The notes beneath the pieces were generated by a model. It saw only the letters and a program-made list of their open reading frames with translations, made no database searches and had not been told where the DNA came from. Below, piece after piece: positions 60,715-64,000 of a DNA stretch of 64,000 bases (its first letter is position 1; every line of letters begins with the position of its first letter). Source of the DNA: Desulfatiglandales bacterium (GTDB taxonomy: Bacteria; Desulfobacterota; DSM-4660; Desulfatiglandales; Desulfatiglandaceae); NCBI GenBank assembly GCA_963662465.1, contig OY759599.1, positions 4,480,001 through 4,544,000 on the forward strand, in the 5' to 3' direction. The position numbers and the translations under genes were made by a program.

Positions 60715-61563
60715 CTATTGGCGCTTCTTTGTTTTGGTTTCGGTTTCCGATTTTTCCGTGGGCGAGTCCCGCGTTTCAGGCGGCTGCACGGTTTTTGCCG
60801 ATGCCCCGCCGAAAACTTTGCCCACACTCTGCTTGACCATGTCGCTATTGAGCACCAAAGCCACGAGTGCACCCGCCAGCGCCCCTTTCCAGAACTGATC
60901 GTTCCGGAAATTGAGGCTGAAAATGTCTTTGACCATATCGCCGGTGGTGGCCTCGCCTTGAACAAAACGGCTCACCATATCGGCCATCTGTCCGAAACGA
61001 TTCTCATCATGTTCCACGTGTTTGGCATCGGCGCCCATATGGCCGAAACCCCGTCCGGATTCCGCGGGGTTCATCGGGGGATGTATATCGGGACCTTGGA
61101 AAGGCATCATTCCCGGATGACCCACCTGCGCATATGGGGGAAAATACGAACCCTGCTGCACCTGATGGGGCGGGAATGGAGGCGCAAAATGAACCGACGG
61201 AACCTGTTGCGGCTGATATTGCGGCGGCATCCGCGGAGGTTGTTGATACGGCTGATTTTGAGGTTGGTATTGGGGTTGTGCCTGATACTGAGGCTGAACT
61301 TGCGGTGGCTGCTGATACTGAACCCGGGCTTCCGGTTGTCCCATGGTTGCCTCTGAAAATCCGGCGGGTCCACCATCCATACAGCTTTGCCCGCCCACCG
61401 TCGCCGCTCCTGTTTCATGCTCGCAATCGCAAGATTCAGCCGCGGCTTCCAAACCACCGGCCTGCCCTGCTTCAACATTTCCGGAAAAACCCGTCCCGGG
61501 CATCTGTTCCTGATTTGAGCCTGCGCCCCCTGTTCCCGGCTGAATTCTTTGTTCCTGTTCCAT
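60715..61563 (-). CDS. Gln/Pro-rich protein with a C-terminal GxxxG helix
   Basis: QPQYQ repeats; HVEHDENRFG; FRNDQFWKGALAGALVALVL. Confidence 0.75.
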   Translation of the reverse strand: MEQEQRIQPGTGGAGSNQEQMPGTGFSGNVEAGQAGGLEAAAESCDCEHETGAATVGGQSCMDGGPAGFSEATMGQPEARVQYQQPPQVQPQYQAQPQYQPQNQPYQQPPRMPPQYQPQQVPSVHFAPPFPPHQVQQGSYFPPYAQVGHPGMMPFQGPDIHPPMNPAESGRGFGHMGADAKHVEHDENRFGQMADMVSRFVQGEATTGDMVKDIFSLNFRNDQFWKGALAGALVALVLNSDMVKQSVGKVFGGASAKTVQPPETRDSPTEKSETETKTKKRQ

Positions 61564-61656
61564 AAAATTTCTCCTTACGCTAAAAAATACAATAAAATAT
61601 CAACACGGCAAACTTATCGCCCAATGCGGTATAAGCGCCGCCGGCCCCTGTTCCCA

Positions 61657-62004
61657 CTACCCTTTTTTCCCGCCGAACAGGGCCCGAAAACGACTGACGA
61701 TTTTCGGCGCCAGATCCGGTCGTTTCCCGACTTCTCCCAACCCGACCCACAGGTCATGGGGAATTAGTTTTTCGTCATAGTCAATGATGACGGACCGCCC
61801 AATACTATTGACCCGCGTACTTTTAATGCCCGGGATTCGAATCCCGTCCATCGCAATACCGCGACCGTTGACGGCTCTCGCACCTTCAAGCGAAATTTTC
61901 AGCCGTATTCGGCCCGGAATGTGATGGACGATGGTCGCATAAGGCGCGATTCTCAAAAGTCCGTCAATCATCCGTTCATCTTCAATGTCATCAATGGATT
62001 TCAT
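61657..62004 (-). CDS. HMA2-like domain protein (FezC/G-like)
   Basis: IVHHIPGRIRLK...IPGIKSTRVNSIGRSVIIDYD. Confidence 0.75.
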   Translation of the reverse strand: MKSIDDIEDERMIDGLLRIAPYATIVHHIPGRIRLKISLEGARAVNGRGIAMDGIRIPGIKSTRVNSIGRSVIIDYDEKLIPHDLWVGLGEVGKRPDLAPKIVSRFRALFGGKKG

Positions 62005-64000
62005 CTATCCGCACTCCGTTTCTTTGATTTTTCCAATCCGGGCGCCTCCCAATTCAGAAGACGGCTTGAATTTATGAGAATGCCGAGGGTATGAACGATA
62101 TGCAGCATACCCGCCATCACCGGACTGAGCAGACCGCCGGCCCCCAGAATAACGCCCAGGACGTTGGTGCCGGTAGCCAGATAATAATTCTGCTCAATGG
62201 TCAGAAGGGTCCGATGGCTGAGCTGCCGCATGGCGACCAGCCGTTCAAGTTCGCTGTCCACAAGCGCAATATCCGCGGCTTCAATGGCCACCTCGGCGCC
62301 GCCGGCCCCCATGGCCACACCCACGGTGGCCTTGGAAAGGGCCAGGGCATCGTTGACCCCATCGCCGACCATCACGACCCGTTTGCCCTCCTTTTCAAAT
62401 TTTTCCACGTAGTCGGCCTTGCCCTCGGGAAGCAGATCGCCCTGATACCCGTCAAACCCGAGGGAATCGGCAAGGGATTCGGCCACGGACCCGGTATCCC
62501 CGGTCCCCAGAAAAAGATAGGACGCCCCGTCCTGTCGAAGCCAATCCAGAACGGCCTTTGCATTGGCTCGAACCGCGTTGGCCACCACAATGACGCCCTG
62601 GAGCTTGCCGTTTTTGGCCACATAGAGAACCGTATGCCCTTGCAAAACACGGGCTTCCGCTTCTTTTTGGAAGTACTTCACACCGATATTGCGGTCTTGC
62701 ATGAAATGATCATTCCCCACCAGGATTTCGTTTCCGCCGGTTTTGGCCATGACCCCTCTGCCCAGGATAAACTCGCACACCGCATGGGATTCAAGCGCGA
62801 TCCCCCGGGCGACCGCAGCATCCACCACGGCCCTGGCCATGGGGTGTTCATTATGGATTTCGGCGATGGCCGCCGTTTTCAATACCTGGACCTCGGTCTG
62901 TTGGGGGGTGCACGGGATAACCTCAAGCACCTCGGGAATTTCAGAGGTAATGGTGCCGGTTTTGTCAAAAAAGAAACTATCCGCCTTTCCCACCATCTCC
63001 AGGTGAAGACCGCCCTTGATGAGGAGATGGTTGCGGGCGGCATTGGCCAATGCCGCGGTCACGGCGGTTGATGCGGCAAGCACGGTGGCGCAGGGACAGG
63101 CCATGACCAGCATGACCGTAAATGCGCGAACCGGATCCGCTGTAAGCAGGAGCGTGGCAACGGTGGCAAAGGCGCCCAGGCGAAAGAGACGGGCCGCCAA
63201 AATATCCGCCTGCTTTTCAGCGGGCGCCCGGTTTTCAATGGCGTCTTCCACCAAATGAAGAATCCGGCACAGATAGGTGTCGTCTCCAACCCTATCGGCC
63301 CTGATATAAATAACGCCTTTCTGAACAATGGTTCCCGCGAAAACCGGATCATCGGCACGCCGCATTTCCGGTTCGGCCCTGCCGGTGATATGGGCCTCAT
63401 CCACCAAGGCTTCTCCCTCCAGCACAACGCCGTCCACGGGGATTTTCTCTCCGGTGTGAAGAACCAGGGTATCTCCTTCGCGAAGCTGATCCACGGGGGT
63501 TTGTACTTCCACGCCGTCAATCAGGATATAGGCGTCCTTTGTCGCCACCTGAAGGATTTCGCTGATGGCTCTTCTGGATTGTTCGGCCACATAATCTTCC
63601 AGAAGCATGCCCACACGCAGGATCCAGATTACCTCCAGGGCCGTCATGGCCTCCCCCACGAAGATGGACAGAACACAGGTAGCGGCCAGAAAAGGGAAGA
63701 GGCTCATGGTTTTACCCTGCCTGAGATCATTTACGGCATGGCGGAAAAGAGGAATGGCCCCCACCAACGCTACCCCGGCAACCACTGAAAACACCCCCTG
63801 GGCCAGGGGCGCCTTGAAAATAAGCTTCCGTATAAGGACAAAACCCACAAAAAGAGTAATTGCCACTACCTCCACCACCCGCCCCAGCATGGATTTTCTT
63901 CTCTGTACGGGGCCGATAATAGGCCGGCACGTCCTGCAGTCCAGACCACAGGCGGCGTGTCCGGACAAAACGCCGGAAAGAGAAGGGGACGGAAGATTTT
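62001..64000 (-). CDS. Second ferrosome-cluster P1B ATPase (FezH-like); 5' end lies beyond the window
   Basis: The frame is open to the window edge. HAACGLDCRTC, HITGR in place of TGE, MACPCAT, DKTGT, GDGVND, HIVHT. Confidence 0.85.
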   Translation of the reverse strand, partial: NLPSPSLSGVLSGHAACGLDCRTCRPIIGPVQRRKSMLGRVVEVVAITLFVGFVLIRKLIFKAPLAQGVFSVVAGVALVGAIPLFRHAVNDLRQGKTMSLFPFLAATCVLSIFVGEAMTALEVIWILRVGMLLEDYVAEQSRRAISEILQVATKDAYILIDGVEVQTPVDQLREGDTLVLHTGEKIPVDGVVLEGEALVDEAHITGRAEPEMRRADDPVFAGTIVQKGVIYIRADRVGDDTYLCRILHLVEDAIENRAPAEKQADILAARLFRLGAFATVATLLLTADPVRAFTVMLVMACPCATVLAASTAVTAALANAARNHLLIKGGLHLEMVGKADSFFFDKTGTITSEIPEVLEVIPCTPQQTEVQVLKTAAIAEIHNEHPMARAVVDAAVARGIALESHAVCEFILGRGVMAKTGGNEILVGNDHFMQDRNIGVKYFQKEAEARVLQGHTVLYVAKNGKLQGVIVVANAVRANAKAVLDWLRQDGASYLFLGTGDTGSVAESLADSLGFDGYQGDLLPEGKADYVEKFEKEGKRVVMVGDGVNDALALSKATVGVAMGAGGAEVAIEAADIALVDSELERLVAMRQLSHRTLLTIEQNYYLATGTNVLGVILGAGGLLSPVMAGMLHIVHTLGILINSSRLLNWEAPGLEKSKKRSADR

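Noticed and set aside
50570..63788. Long plus-strand ORFs (e.g. 50570-51541, 58447-59265, 62091-63071)
   Set aside because: They are antisense shadows of well-supported minus-strand genes and have no recognisable motifs.
1..64000. tRNA, rRNA or riboswitch genes
   Set aside because: None were recognisable by eye; a covariance-model search would be needed to exclude them.

Overview
The window looks like an anaerobic deltaproteobacterial (Desulfobacterota-like) chromosome; this is inferred from gene content only. (1) 1-10051: a decaying mscS/ABC-permease/nuoD-N region, with deletions, frameshifts and nonsense codons. (2) About 10011-27831: a ~17.8 kb island bounded by a 42-bp direct repeat of the nuoN 3' end. 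It carries four large, co-oriented secreted-protein genes (one FN3 protein, two NHL plus legumain/caspase-like proteases, one unknown). These are separated by copies of a diverged, non-coding two-part repeat (blocks A and B) rich in TG(A/T)GATAT motifs. A divergent HU plus tyrosine recombinase pair sits between one A and one B block. This cassette-array arrangement is the best candidate for an undescribed system. The island ends with an Rpn nuclease gene that has a likely internal antitoxin start, and a broken phd-vapC pair. (3) 27925-32871: pfkA, an orphan EboD-like cyclase, a cydA/cydB deletion fusion and methyltransferases. (4) 32928-40029: an MCP, hybrid kinase and siaABCD-like c-di-GMP operon. 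(5) 40459-47840: a Ni/Co transporter pair, then a nif-free NifB-like radical SAM, Tat-ModA-like and polyferredoxin trio between repeated methyltransferase modules, then a porin pseudogene. (6) 48315-64000: an iron-related region with flavodoxin, feoAB and a ferrosome (fez)-like cluster containing three P1B-ATPases. All calls come from reading motifs by eye; no database searches were run.
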